A DNA stretch of 64,000 nucleotides from Eledone cirrhosa (lineage: Eukaryota): the NCBI GenBank assembly GCA_964016885.1, contig OZ024741.1, forward strand, positions 134,044,001 through 134,108,000, written 5' to 3'. A program made the translations under genes and the position numbers. Positions 50,956-64,000 of this stretch are shown here, piece after piece. Each line of letters begins with the position of its first letter. The first letter of the stretch is position 1. The notes beneath the pieces were generated by a model. It made no database searches. It was not told the DNA's origin and was given only the letters and a program-made list of their open reading frames with translations.

Positions 50956-51416
50956 TTTATATATTGTATTTTGTCTGATGAAGGCATACCATATTTTAAT
51001 TTGGTATCCCTGAAATATGTACAATGAAATAAATATGGTTTTATAAATATAGTTTCCATTTATTTAATATCGTATATCTACTCCAAAAACTTGTCGAGTG
51101 CTTTATATTAGTTATAAAATATTTACTTGTTGTATCCCAACAATTTTAAATAGAACTTTTGCATATATACATATATATATATATAAAGATATATATATAT
51201 ATACATATATATATACATATATATATATACATATATATATATACATATATATGAACCAGTAAGACCCCGACCGCTGAGCTCAAGCCGTTTCGACGGCTTG
51301 AGCTCAGCGGTCGGGGTCTTACTGGTTCCTATTACCCACTCTACTACCTCAAGTATTGAGTACTTTGGTGCGTTATGGTCCACCTGGTTCCTTACCACAC
51401 TTCCTTCGTTATATAC

Positions 51417-51651
<235 letters not shown>

Positions 51652-51654
51652 CAC

Positions 51655-51733
<79 letters not shown>

Positions 51734-51754
51734 CATATACATATATACATATAC

Positions 51755-51785
<31 letters not shown>

Positions 51786-51794
51786 CATATACAA

Positions 51795-52452
<658 letters not shown>

Positions 52453-52631
52453 AGTATATACCTATCTGATGAAGGACTAGCGTCCGAAATGTTAAGACAC
52501 CTTTTCCTACTATATCAAGCATAAAACTAATAATATATTTCTTCATTGTACTGTGTTGCTTGCTTTGCGATTTCTGTTTGCCTTTTGCATATATATATGC
52601 ACATATATACACACTTATGTATGTATATATA

Positions 52632-53670
52632 TACGAGGTACACTGAAGAGGTTTTGAGACTTTTATTAGAGAGACATTTATTTAACTCAGATGAACACAA
52701 AGGTCTAGTCTTCCGCAAAGTAGGATCCTCCAACTTCATTGCACTTGTAGTGCTCCAACTACTTCTGGAAGGCCCTCTTGTAGTCCTCCAAAGTGAAGGT
52801 GTCCAGGGCACTTATCACAGCCTCCTTCATCTCCTCCACATCCACAAAGCGAATACCCCTTGAGCTTCTCCTTTGGTTTCAGGAACATCAAGAAATTGTA
52901 TGGGGCTAAGTCTGGACTATAGGGAGGATGAGATAGTCTTGATCTCCATATCAGCCAATTAGTTAGTCACCAAGATGGATTTGAAGCAGAGGGCATTGTC
53001 CTGCTGCAGGTATTACTGACCAGACTTGAAGAGTTCTGGTCTCTTGCAATGAAATCTCTTTCTGAACTGCCTCAAAACCTCTGTGAGCTTCATTGAGCAC
53101 CCTGGAAAGAAACTTTGCACCTGTTCAGATTGTCATGAATGATTCTGTGCACAGTGCCCTCAGCCACTTCAAATTGTTTAGCAATTGTCAAAGGAGATGC
53201 GTGACAGTCCTCATCCGAAATTTTGTGAACTTTGTCGACCAACTTTGGCATCCTAATGTCCCTCCCTGTCACACCTCTTGTCATCCCTCACCTGCTCCCT
53301 GACCTCCTGCAACCTCTTGTGCTAGCAGAAAACAGTTGCCCAGCTCATGAAAGTCCGTAAGCAGTTTTGACCATTTCATAAGTTTCTGCAGCATTTTTGC
53401 TGAGCTTGACACAAAACTTTATTGCATATTGAGCCTAAAAGTTGTCCTCACGCCCTGACTGCATTGTAGAACCAGTCAGCTGTGACAAGACATGTATGAT
53501 TGGTAGTGTTTAAAGTGCTCTACTGCCTGAACCTTCAACCTGGGGGAAAAAAGATTTGGCATGTTAGCTTATTATGACCATGTTAAGGATGTATTAGAGT
53601 GACAGTTACAAAGATCAATTAAAAGTGTCTGAAAAGCAAAAGTCAAAGAACTTCTTGAGTATACCTCGTA
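52632..53670 (-). mobile_element. Degenerate mariner (Tc1/mariner) DNA transposon
   Basis: ~30-bp imperfect TIRs TACGAGGTAYACTSAAGARGTT.. in TA context; minus strand encodes QDNA and PPYSPDLAP plus an HTH-like IAKQFEVAEGTVHRIIHDNL. Confidence 0.88.
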
Positions 53671-55125
53671 TATATATATAAATATATTTATGTATATATA
53701 TTAGTATATATATATTATTCAATTGATGAAAGTTGGTTGATCATATAATCTGCCGACTTTTTTGTAAACAAACATAAAGCACTCTATGATTTGTATTCCT
53801 TAGGAATTTCTCCGTAAGGTATCAACCGGAGTTTCAGTATTATGAATAAGAGAGACATTTTTATTTGTACATTTTCTTTTTTTTTTTATTACATAATTAT
53901 ATATATGTATGTATGTATGTATATATTATATTTGTATTTTGTTTATTTTGATATAATCTTTAAAATATTAAATTTTCTATTGACAACTGAAAACTGAAAA
54001 GCATTTTTTGACTTAAGACTTATGAGAGTTGCAAAGGAATTGACTTATGGTTAAAGTTTATCGATTAGGTTTTTATTGTTAAACAGTCAGTCGGCTCATT
54101 ACCAAATCTGGAATAATGAATGTAGTTAGGTTTTTTTCTGGAGCATACCTAGTCTGTTGAATCAACATATCTTACATCATCTGTAGTTGATAGTTGATCT
54201 TGTTATAATAGGTTCTACTGTTGGTTTTAATATTTTTTTTTTAATTAACTTTATTCATTTTTTATTCATATGACACATTATCTTTGTGAGTCTTTTTTCT
54301 ATTCACAATGAAAGTGAATTATAAATAAATAAAAGGAAACAAAAATAACAAAAATAACATAGCTTCATCAATGCTTATTGTTTTGTTTTGTGTTTTTTTT
54401 ACCATTGCATTCCAAAAGAATATTGGGCAATTACAAAATTTACAAATAATTTTCTGACTCATGGAAACCTGTGTAATAACTTCAAATCTCTTTCATTTAT
54501 TTTGCTCTACCAAATGCCATTTAACTTTCTGCGTTTGTGTTATATGGTATTATAGAGATTGTTACCACATTGTAGACATCTAATATGTATAATTAAAAGA
54601 AAAAAATGTGCATTTAAATGTTTGCAAAACCTTTTATTATGTTATAAAGAGAGCATTGTTTTTAGTTTCTATCTAAATACTCATTTACTCATGTCACTAC
54701 TGAAATAGTTTTGACAAATTTCAAAACTGGCATTCTATTTTGTTTTTGTTTAGTTTTCTAAGTCAAGTCTTTGTCAAAATAGTATTGCATATATAGGAAA
54801 TTTCCAAAAGAAAACAAATTTCCATGATGACTAAGTTATTTAATAGCATTAAACTTTGTTATTTATTTGTAAATATTTAAAAATTATATATAATTTATTC
54901 CAAAATAGTTGACTAAATACACGTTCTTACTCAAAAATTTTTTTTTGTTCTTCCCTTCTCTCTATCTTTTTTTATTTCATCTTTTATTCCTCATTCTATC
55001 TTCTAATGAAGGACTAATGTCCAAAACGTAAAGACTGTTTTCCTACTATATCAAGAATTATACTAATATATTTCTTCATTGTACTGTGTTGTTTGCTTTG
55101 TTTTGTTTTTTTCGTTTTCTTTTTT

Positions 55126-55236
<111 letters not shown>

Positions 55237-58200
55237 AAAGACCGGCGGCCATATTCAGTTGATTCAGGTTTATTTAAAAGGCCGTTATACATATTTCAGT
55301 GATGACTGGATATCAGTTATGATAGCTTGAGCTCTTCCGATGGTAGAACCTATAAAACATTGGAAGAATCCAATAATTTCTCTGAAAAAGATTTTATTTT
55401 CTTGACACAGGGGACCAGCCGAACACGTAGTGTTGTTTCTTTGACGGCTGGCCCCTGTATATAATATATATATATTATATAAAATCTATGATTATTTCAA
55501 CTTCTGTTGTTATTAGATAGTATTTTTATGGGTTTTTGTTTTCTATTCAAGGGAGAGTGTCAAACAAAAGATCAAGAAGACTCTAGTTGTGTCAAAGACA
55601 TAACCTCCCTAGTGTTTGTGTCATAATAGAATGCACTTGGCAATCTCTAGAGAGTGAAGGAGCTTATATGTAATTGAGAAGTGAGACCCAAATTCAATCT
55701 GAGAAGTAATAGCTCCAACTAAACACAGACCTGGTTGGTGACAATACATCCAACCCTTGCTAGCAAGGAGAATGGACACTAAATGATGATGATGATAAGA
55801 CCGACTAAAGAACTGAGTAAAAATATAAGTAGACGTTTTTCAAACTCATCAGCAAGGTAATATAAGTAGATTTTTTCAAACTCATCAGCAAGGTAATATA
55901 AAGCTGGTAATAATTTATGACGATACAGTCATACTGCTTTTTATAACTTTGAAGTAGTATTAAAGACATCACTTCAGAATCTCAGCTAATGTTTGATGGT
56001 GATTAATCACTCTGTTACTACATTTGGTTTTTTTATAAAATACATAGTTACTTTCCTTGATTCTTCTTTTTACTAGGAAGGCTTGTTTGAAGAAAGTATT
56101 TGACAAAGAAAGACATCTTCACTTTCCTATCTTATTATTTTGTGGCATCCATCCAACTATTTACCAGTGGAAGAGGGTGTATCTTACCATCCACACCATG
56201 TCTTTCATTAGCAACTTATGCTACCTGAAAGAATTCTTTTAATCTGCTCTCCAAGTAACATGCCTGACATGTGACTCACTAAGCAGGCTTTGAACTAAGT
56301 TGGCAATTTAAAATGTGATTCCAACGTTATTGCTAAGTTATTTATTCCAATATTGCCTGAACCCTTTCCTTACCATATTTCTAATGAAATACATTGCTTA
56401 TGTGTTTCAGTTAATTTTGAAAATAATCAAAACATTTGAGGAATTTAATAATAAAATAACTAACTCTTTTATTAACAAGCTGATATTTAGAACATTACTT
56501 AACAAAAAGTCTGATATTGCCACTGATTCTATGATGAAAAACCCATTTGTTTTAAAGTGTTCAAATTTAAATCTTTCATTATAACTTTTTATAAGGACCT
56601 TTACTTAACCTTTTTTATATCAACCCCTCCAAAACCAGCTATTGTTCTATAAAATAACCCACACATATTAACAGGTTCCTGTTTAAATTAAAATCATCCA
56701 AAATTATTTATACAAGAGCGATATGCTAAGTTATTGTTAGTAATGAAATAATTAATAATTTTAATAAATATCTCAGAACTCTTCATTAATTAATTGAAAT
56801 AGAATGTATTTCATTATAAATACCATCACAAAAGGATTATATTTTAAGCATTAACTTAATAATGGTTTCTAATTTAGGCACAAGGCCAGCAATTTTGGAG
56901 GAATGGAAAGTCGATTATATTGACCTCAGTACTTGAATGGTACTTTATTTTATCAAGCTTGAAAGGATGAAAAACAACTTAATGTGAAAGTTACATATAT
57001 TGCTAAATCCCTCAAAAGTTATGATTATTTTAAAAATTTATTGAAAAACATAGGCAGTGGAAGGGTTTAAATATGCTTCACTTCAAAAGATTGTCTTTCT
57101 TGTTTAGTTTCTTCACAGTTGGTTGTTTTCTCCTCATATGAGCAAGACACTATCACTGATTTGGCTTGTCTCACAACGGAACAACTCATCTAACCCATGC
57201 TAGCATGGGAAAATGGGCATTAAACAGACGTGATGATAATGATAGCTTTAATTATGATAAAATATTCAAGAAAATGAAGTTGTTGCAACATTGTTATTTT
57301 TGTAGTCAACAGTATCTTTCAGATGCTTTCAAAATGTCTTTGTTGCCTTTGATATCTGCTGAATCTGTGACAATTGTATGAATGTCAAAGTGATTGTCAA
57401 TTGACACCCAGTCATAAGAACCACAACTAAATCTACATGATATATAGTGTCAACAAAAGTACCTGTGTTAATATGCCAAGACTTGGTAAAAAATGTACAT
57501 AAAAATAGATTTGGGAGAATGATGAAAGATATAGAGACATTGAATAATACATCCTTGCCCAGCTTACATAACCCCCACACAAGTTATGTGACCTCTTAGA
57601 ATTTATTTTGAGGCAGAACAAAAATAATTGCTCTGTTAAAAATATCAAATAGAAAGATTATTTTTGTTCTATATTCAGTATATCTGAGAATATGTTGAAT
57701 GAGTCAATCTGTGTGTGACCAGTGGGTGTGGCAATAGAGTTGATTCTAGCTTCTATCAAACAGTAAGTAATGTAATTATTTCTAGAGTACTTGTTTCATA
57801 AAATCACAAGGAATGTTGTATGTGTGGGAGTGACTTATCATAAGTACATGATAAAGAAAAATAGACTGCGTAATTTTAATATGGGCTAGTTCAACCTAAA
57901 TGAACAAGTCTGTTGCTCTTCCAAAATGTAATGTTTAGTTTTAGGAACTATATGTAGATGTAAGATTATATTGTTCCAAGAATTCAAGCAAATTTCTATC
58001 CAGACTTAAAACATTTAGTTCATTCTAACATAGAAGAGATGTAGAGTTTTCCCTCACTAGAATCTTTGTTTAAAATAGATTTTTTTGTTAATATATATTG
58101 TTAGTCAGTAAACATGGTGACAAAATAATTGCCCAGCAGCAATTTTCCCATTCTGTATAAAATTACTAGTAAACTATTTTATACTATGTTTTGTAAGAAA

Positions 58201-58674
58201 AATGTTGTTTACCAAATTTTGATTTTTTTTCCCCAAGAATGATGTTTCTGTGATCAGAATTCTTTCAAGTAAAATTTTTTAAAGTTTCTGAACCACAACG
58301 GCCACCAGAAAACAAGTTAAGTTTAGTACTTCTATTGCCATGCTTCAACTCTGAAACTGACAATATTTATCCGCTGGAAGTTTATATCATCGTCATCATC
58401 ATCATTTTACACCTGCTTTCCATGCTTATATGGCTTGGGTGGATTATCATAGTCTGAGATCAGATGGTTTCTACGGCTGGATGCATTTCCTAATACCAAC
58501 CTACTTAGTAGTGTACTGGGTACATTTATTATGTCACCTAACACTAGAAAGGTTGTCTCTTTCTCTCTCTCTCACACACACACACACATGTTTAATATAG
58601 AAATGGCTTCTACAGGACTAGAACTGTTTCATTCAAAATAAATCTTCAGGAAAATATATTAAATATATATATAT

Positions 58675-59695
58675 ATTCTCTGCCCCAAATGCAAACAATG
58701 GGTACACAAGAGATGTAGCGGGATCTCAGGAAGCTTAATTAAGAATGTAGGCTTCACATGCAGCAGCTGTACTGGGACAGCAAACAGCCACAGGAAACAA
58801 GTACCACCAATCTCTGGGAGGGCTCTGTAGAGACAGTAGACAGCTTCTGCTACCTAGGTGACCGAATTAGCAGCGGAGGTGAGTGTTCAGAAAGTACAAT
58901 AACTAGGGTGAGAACGGGATGGAAGAAGTTCAGGGAACTACTGCCACTGCTAGCTGCAAAAGGCTTCTCCCTCAAAATGAAAGGCAGACTGTATGATGCG
59001 TGTATCCGAACAACAATGTTACATGGTAGTGAGACCTGGGCGCTGAAGGTGGAAGACTTATGTAGATTAGAGAGAAACGAAGCCTGCATGCTCCGATGGA
59101 TGTCTAATAGTAATATACGCGAACGACAAAGCATAAATGAATTGAGAGAGAGACTGAGCATAAGAGGAATCAAATGCTGTGTGCAGGAGAGGCGGTTGTG
59201 TTGGTATGGACATGTGATGTGTATGAAGCATGACAGCTGCATAAAAAGGTGCAGAGCACTAGAAGTCGATGGAAACCGCGGAGTGGGGAGACCCAAGATG
59301 ACCTGGGATGAGGTGATAAAAGCCGACCTTACCCAATTACACCTCTCAAAGGCGATGACACACGACCGTGACCTCTGGCGTCACGCAGTAATACAGAGTA
59401 CCCGACCTCCCATGGGTACAAGCTGAAGCATATAGACAATATGCCCCCACACCCTCCCACGGCAAAAAAAGCACCCAGCCCACACTGTAAAGTGGACGTG
59501 TAGGCGCCACGAAAAAGCACCCAGCACTCACTGTAAATCAGGTCGGTGTAAGGAAGGGCATCCAGCTATAGAAATCAAGCCAAATCAGTTCCTGTATGAG
59601 CAAGGCATGGTCAGCCGACCAAACACTGCCCACAACAGGACAACCCGTCTAACCCATGCTAGCACGGAAGAACGGACGTAAAACAGTGATGATGA

Positions 59696-59699
<4 letters not shown>
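58675..59699 (+). pseudogene. 5'-truncated RTE (subfamily B) with 3' UTR and (GAT)n tail
   Basis: Close homolog of 31183-32331; TA tracts at both ends. Confidence 0.9.
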
Positions 59700-59733
<34 letters not shown>

Positions 59734-60099
59734 GTAGAGGAACTCAAGAGAGTCAACGGCCATCCAATAAAGTTTTTTTTTTTTTTAGCGAGAACCTCCT
59801 AGTCTTCATTAAGACATCTCTCTATGAGAAAGCCACTCTAACATAACACCTGCAAATTCGTTTGCATCCAATGATGTAGGCTAGTTCTTCTTAATGCATT
59901 CAATATTCAGAGAGTGGGATTGACTCCATGCAAAGCCTTTCCTCACTTAAAAAAGCTTCAAGCACAGGTATCGCTTGAAGTATTTTTTTTTTGCTATGTT
60001 TGGCATAGCTAGCCTTAGGCAAATCCATGGTGCTTATGCTTAAGTATCAAATGATAGCATTATCCGAAATTGAGTTGCATATATATATATATATATATA

Positions 60100-60710
60100 T
60101 ATATGCAGATGATCTAACTCTCACAGCTGAACAAGAGAAGTAGTTCAAAACATGGAAGCATGGCCTAGAATCAAAAGGCCTTATAGTTAACTTGTCTAAG
60201 ACCAAAGTTCTAGTATTTAGAAAGGAGAATAGGACAGAGGTGCCCTCTGGGAAATGGCCATGCTCAGTGTGTAAGAAGGGAGTAGGCAGAAATTCCATTC
60301 TATACCCCAAATGCAAACTATGGGTACATAAAAGATGTAGAGGGATCACAGGTAAGCTATCTAAGAATGTAGATTTTATATGTGGCCGATGCTCAGGTGC
60401 AGTAAGTAGCAATGACCCACTGGATGCTATCTCCTTCAACTGCCCAGATAGTTCTATAGAAATAGTAGACACTTTCCATTACCTGGGGGACAAAATCAAC
60501 ACTGGAAGAGGGTGCTTTGAAAGTACAGTAGCCTGAGTTAGAACAGGATGGAAAAAGTTCAGAGAGCTAATACTGCTGTTGGTCACAAAAGTGAAAGGCA
60601 GATTGTATGATGCTTGTATACGAACAGCGATATTACATGTTTGGAATATCTTCTCTAGTTCAGTCATAGATTCAGCTATGAGAATTAGATCATCTGCATA
60701 TAAAAGTTCC
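60100..60710 (+). pseudogene. Degenerate RTE fragment (YADD-PHD region) with a short inverted segment at ~60637-60710
   Basis: [31 protein letters not shown]; minus strand [14 protein letters not shown]. Confidence 0.8.
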
Positions 60711-61652
60711 AATCATGAAGCACAGCAGCATAAGAATCTTTGCAGATGATTCCAAGCTCCAGAATGTCATCAATTTCGTGGGTGACTGGATATGCCTCCA
60801 ATCCGATCTACTGGCTGTTATCCAATGGGTGGAAAAGAACAATATGCTGCTGAATGAGGATAAATTTGAATTAATCCACTTTGGAAAAGAAGATGCCCTG
60901 AAACTCCCATACTCCCTGCATTCGGGTGAAACTCTCGTGGCATCCAACATCACTCATATAAACAGAAAAGTTGACATGGCCCACAGAATGTGTTCCTGGA
61001 TTCTCAGGACCTTTGAATTGAGAGATATCCACACTATTATCCTTCTCTTCTCCACTTTTGCCTGACCACACCATGAATACTGTTGGCCACCGTGGTCTCC
61101 CCACATGAAACAAATTATCATGAAAATTGAAGCTCCTCAAAGGTCAATCACAAAAACGATAGATGGCATGTCAGGCCTTGACTATTGGGGTCAACTAGAA
61201 AAACTCAAACTTTATTCTCTCCAATGCTGCCGTGAGCATTATATTATCTGCTTGCTGTGGAAAATATTCTATCAGCATTGCCCAAATGATGTTGGCATCA
61301 CCTTTAAACTACACCCAAGGCTTGGACCCTGTGCTATCCACCCACAACAAAAATCAAACTCGCATCTCAACAACAATACGGCACAATTATTCACCTCAAC
61401 TGGCCCCGCACTGTTTAACATTTCACCAAAACACATTAAAACAGAAACAGACCCCATAAAGTTCAAGAAGTCTCCGGACAAATTCCTTCAAGAAATCTTG
61501 GATATACCTTCTGCACACAGATATGTCTCCACAAACAATAACTCCCTTCTTGAGTGGGCCATGGTGTCCAAATCCTGATTTGAAAGACTTTGCCAGGTGG
61601 TCCTATTAAGTTAGACATGACCTGGGCAATACTGGCCAAAAGCTATCAAATT
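60711..61652 (+). pseudogene. Degenerate 3' fragment of the CR1-group LINE at 27258-30260
   Basis: IFADDSKLQ...LLEWAMVSKS* and the same 3' UTR; stops and a deletion. Confidence 0.9.
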
Positions 61653-62541
61653 ATATATATAATAAAATGTAGTTTGCTTGAAGCGTTGTATATAATATAT
61701 GTAACGTTGAAAGACTAAAAAATGCAAAATGGACTGTAAGATGAGGTATTGAAAAGTAAAAGTTACCTGGTAATCTTTGTTTTTTTGTTGTTGTTCTTTT
61801 ATCTGTCCAATATTTCGGGACCTAAAAGTCCCTTCATCACAATTTAAGGAACTTTCAGTGGATAATGTTCCAATTTCCTCTCTGAGATAAAATTTTGATT
61901 TTGATTTTGATTAAAAAATTTTCTGTCGTTTTCAAGCATTTTTTAATGGTTATTTCGCTTTCCACATGAATGACGTTCAAAACCTCCAAAGCACAGGCAT
62001 TGCTTGTTCAGGATCTGTTACAGGTTTGTGTGGCTGGCCGTAGTCTAATAGTGCAACGAACTCTGTAATCTGACAAGCAATTTCAATACTCTTAGCAGAG
62101 TTTGCAGCTATCATATATGTATATATCATCATCATCATCACTGTTTAACGTCCATTTTTCCACACTAGAATGGGTTAGACGAGTTGTTCTGTTGTAAGAA
62201 ATGTCAGGTCAGATGACCATGTCTTGCTCATACAGAACTGATTTTCGCTTGGTTTCTACAACTGGATGCCCTTTCAAATGCCAACCACATTTACAGTGAG
62301 TACTGGGTGCCTTTTGTCGTGACACCTACACAACCAGTTTACAGTGTAGGCTGGGGAATTTGGTTGGGAGAGGTGGGTATTTGGGCATGTGTGAGGGGTG
62401 GAGTGTTAGGACATGGAAAGTAAATGGAAGTGGGGGTGAAGGTGATGCACACTAGATGTATACTTCAACTTGTGCTTGTGGGAGCTGTATGGAAGGGAGT
62501 GGGGTAAAGGTGCTCATTTATTATATATATGTATATGTGTG

Positions 62542-62583
<42 letters not shown>

Positions 62584-62713
62584 CAATGATTTCTTACAAA
62601 TGAAACAGTTCTAGCACTGTAGATGTAATTTCTATAAAGTAAAAATGCCTATACTCTAATAACGTATTGAGTACCTTTTTTAACTTTGCTCACCTCCTGA
62701 TATATTGGGAATC

Positions 62714-62798
<85 letters not shown>

Positions 62799-63661
62799 AC
62801 GTATTCCAACCGATAGGCTGAGTCCATGTTGGGGCACCACCATATATATATATATATATATGATTATTGCTTGGATTTGCCATCTGCATGAAAAGCAATA
62901 GTTAAGTTAGCATATTTCATGTAGCACGTATAAAAAAATCCAATGATTAATACTATTTTAACCATTCAGAACATACAGGATACAACTCCATCTGTTTTGA
63001 TTTATTAGACCACCTGAATGTAGCTTAGATTTCCCAGTACTTGGCAGTGATGAGAGAATCGGTAGGTAGATCTACAATATTGTACATGAGTTCATGTAAA
63101 AACATTATCATAGTCTAACAAAAATAATGTTAGTTATTGAGCTAATGTTGTCTTTTCCTCAACATGTAAATATTTCTAATTAGTTAGTAAATATGTTAGC
63201 ATTAACTTAATTATTGTTCATGTGGATGGTATTTCCTAGTAATTAGCCTCAGTGGTTAGTTTTAGATTTGTTATATTTAACTCTTAACATCCTGCACTTA
63301 CGTGAGTGGGGTTCCTTCTCTGAAGACCTCCATTGTTCAGCCCTCACCACTGTTTAGCAGAAAAGATCTAAAAACTGATTTGTTACTTTAAATGTTTATA
63401 GTAGCTTTACTAGTTGCAAAAATTTACAGTATTATAGAAATAGGTTTAATTTATAATGAGATGCAATCATAGTGTTGTTTTGTACTTGGCTTGCTAATGT
63501 AGTACAGGATGTTAAGAATTTAGTACTTAACACCAACTAAGCTATATTCGAAAATATTTGGGGATAATCAAGTTAGGTGTGGTAGGTTTCAATTTCTATC
63601 AGCAGTATTACAATTATTTTTTTAGCATTTGTTAGTAACATTTGTCTTGTTTTAAACACCA

Positions 63662-63702
<41 letters not shown>

Positions 63703-64000
63703 ATAATAATAAAATTGAAGACTAAAATCCAAAGAGGGCTCGATAAGGAAAATATATATCAAATATATAAAAACCGTAGAGCAAATATTTTTTCGTTCAT
63801 TGCCAGAGAACGTCTCTATGCACCACCTAAGAGAACATTAGTCTACGACCTCTGTTATACCATAAACGTGGTTCTGTCTTTGCGTGTAATTGTTTTTCAC
63901 CGCTCCTATTAATGACGTATTATTCGTTTTTTCCCGTTCTTTGCCAGCGAACGTTTCCACGAACCAAAGTATCGTCTTCCTGTCTTCCTCCGGTTGCAAC

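Noticed and set aside
53720-53770. TTGATGA-AAGTTGG...CCGACTT stem resembling helix II
   Set aside because: Both core halves are mutated and there is no helix I
63940-63990. Minus-strand GGAAGA..CG..CG.GGAAACGTT hammerhead-like string
   Set aside because: Core reads CAGGAAGA rather than CTGANGA and helix I does not pair

Overview
AT-rich, repeat-dense animal (eukaryotic) DNA, probably intronic or intergenic; the repeat repertoire resembles coleoid cephalopods such as Octopus (inference). No host gene is confidently identified. The window holds an intact RTE LINE whose RT carries an inserted PHD finger plus many truncated copies, a near-complete CR1-group LINE ORF2, a very young Penelope-like element (PLE; RT + GIY-YIG) as about 2.5 tandem units with an inverted pLTR, a fragment of a second PLE family, tRNA-derived SINEs, piggyBac- and Tigger-like MITEs, a non-autonomous Helitron and a degenerate mariner. 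The main hidden signal is RNA-level: by eye I find 12 type-I hammerhead ribozyme motifs with complete cores from 5 unrelated sequence families, plus degenerate ones. They occur in PLE pLTRs, in a non-coding 543-bp retrozyme-like tandem and in tiny inserts, mostly in elements lodged in or next to (TA)n microsatellites. Several small 'inverted hairpin + tail' inserts share this architecture. YIYI-type ORFs are microsatellite artefacts. All folds were done by hand and coordinates of degenerate repeats are approximate.
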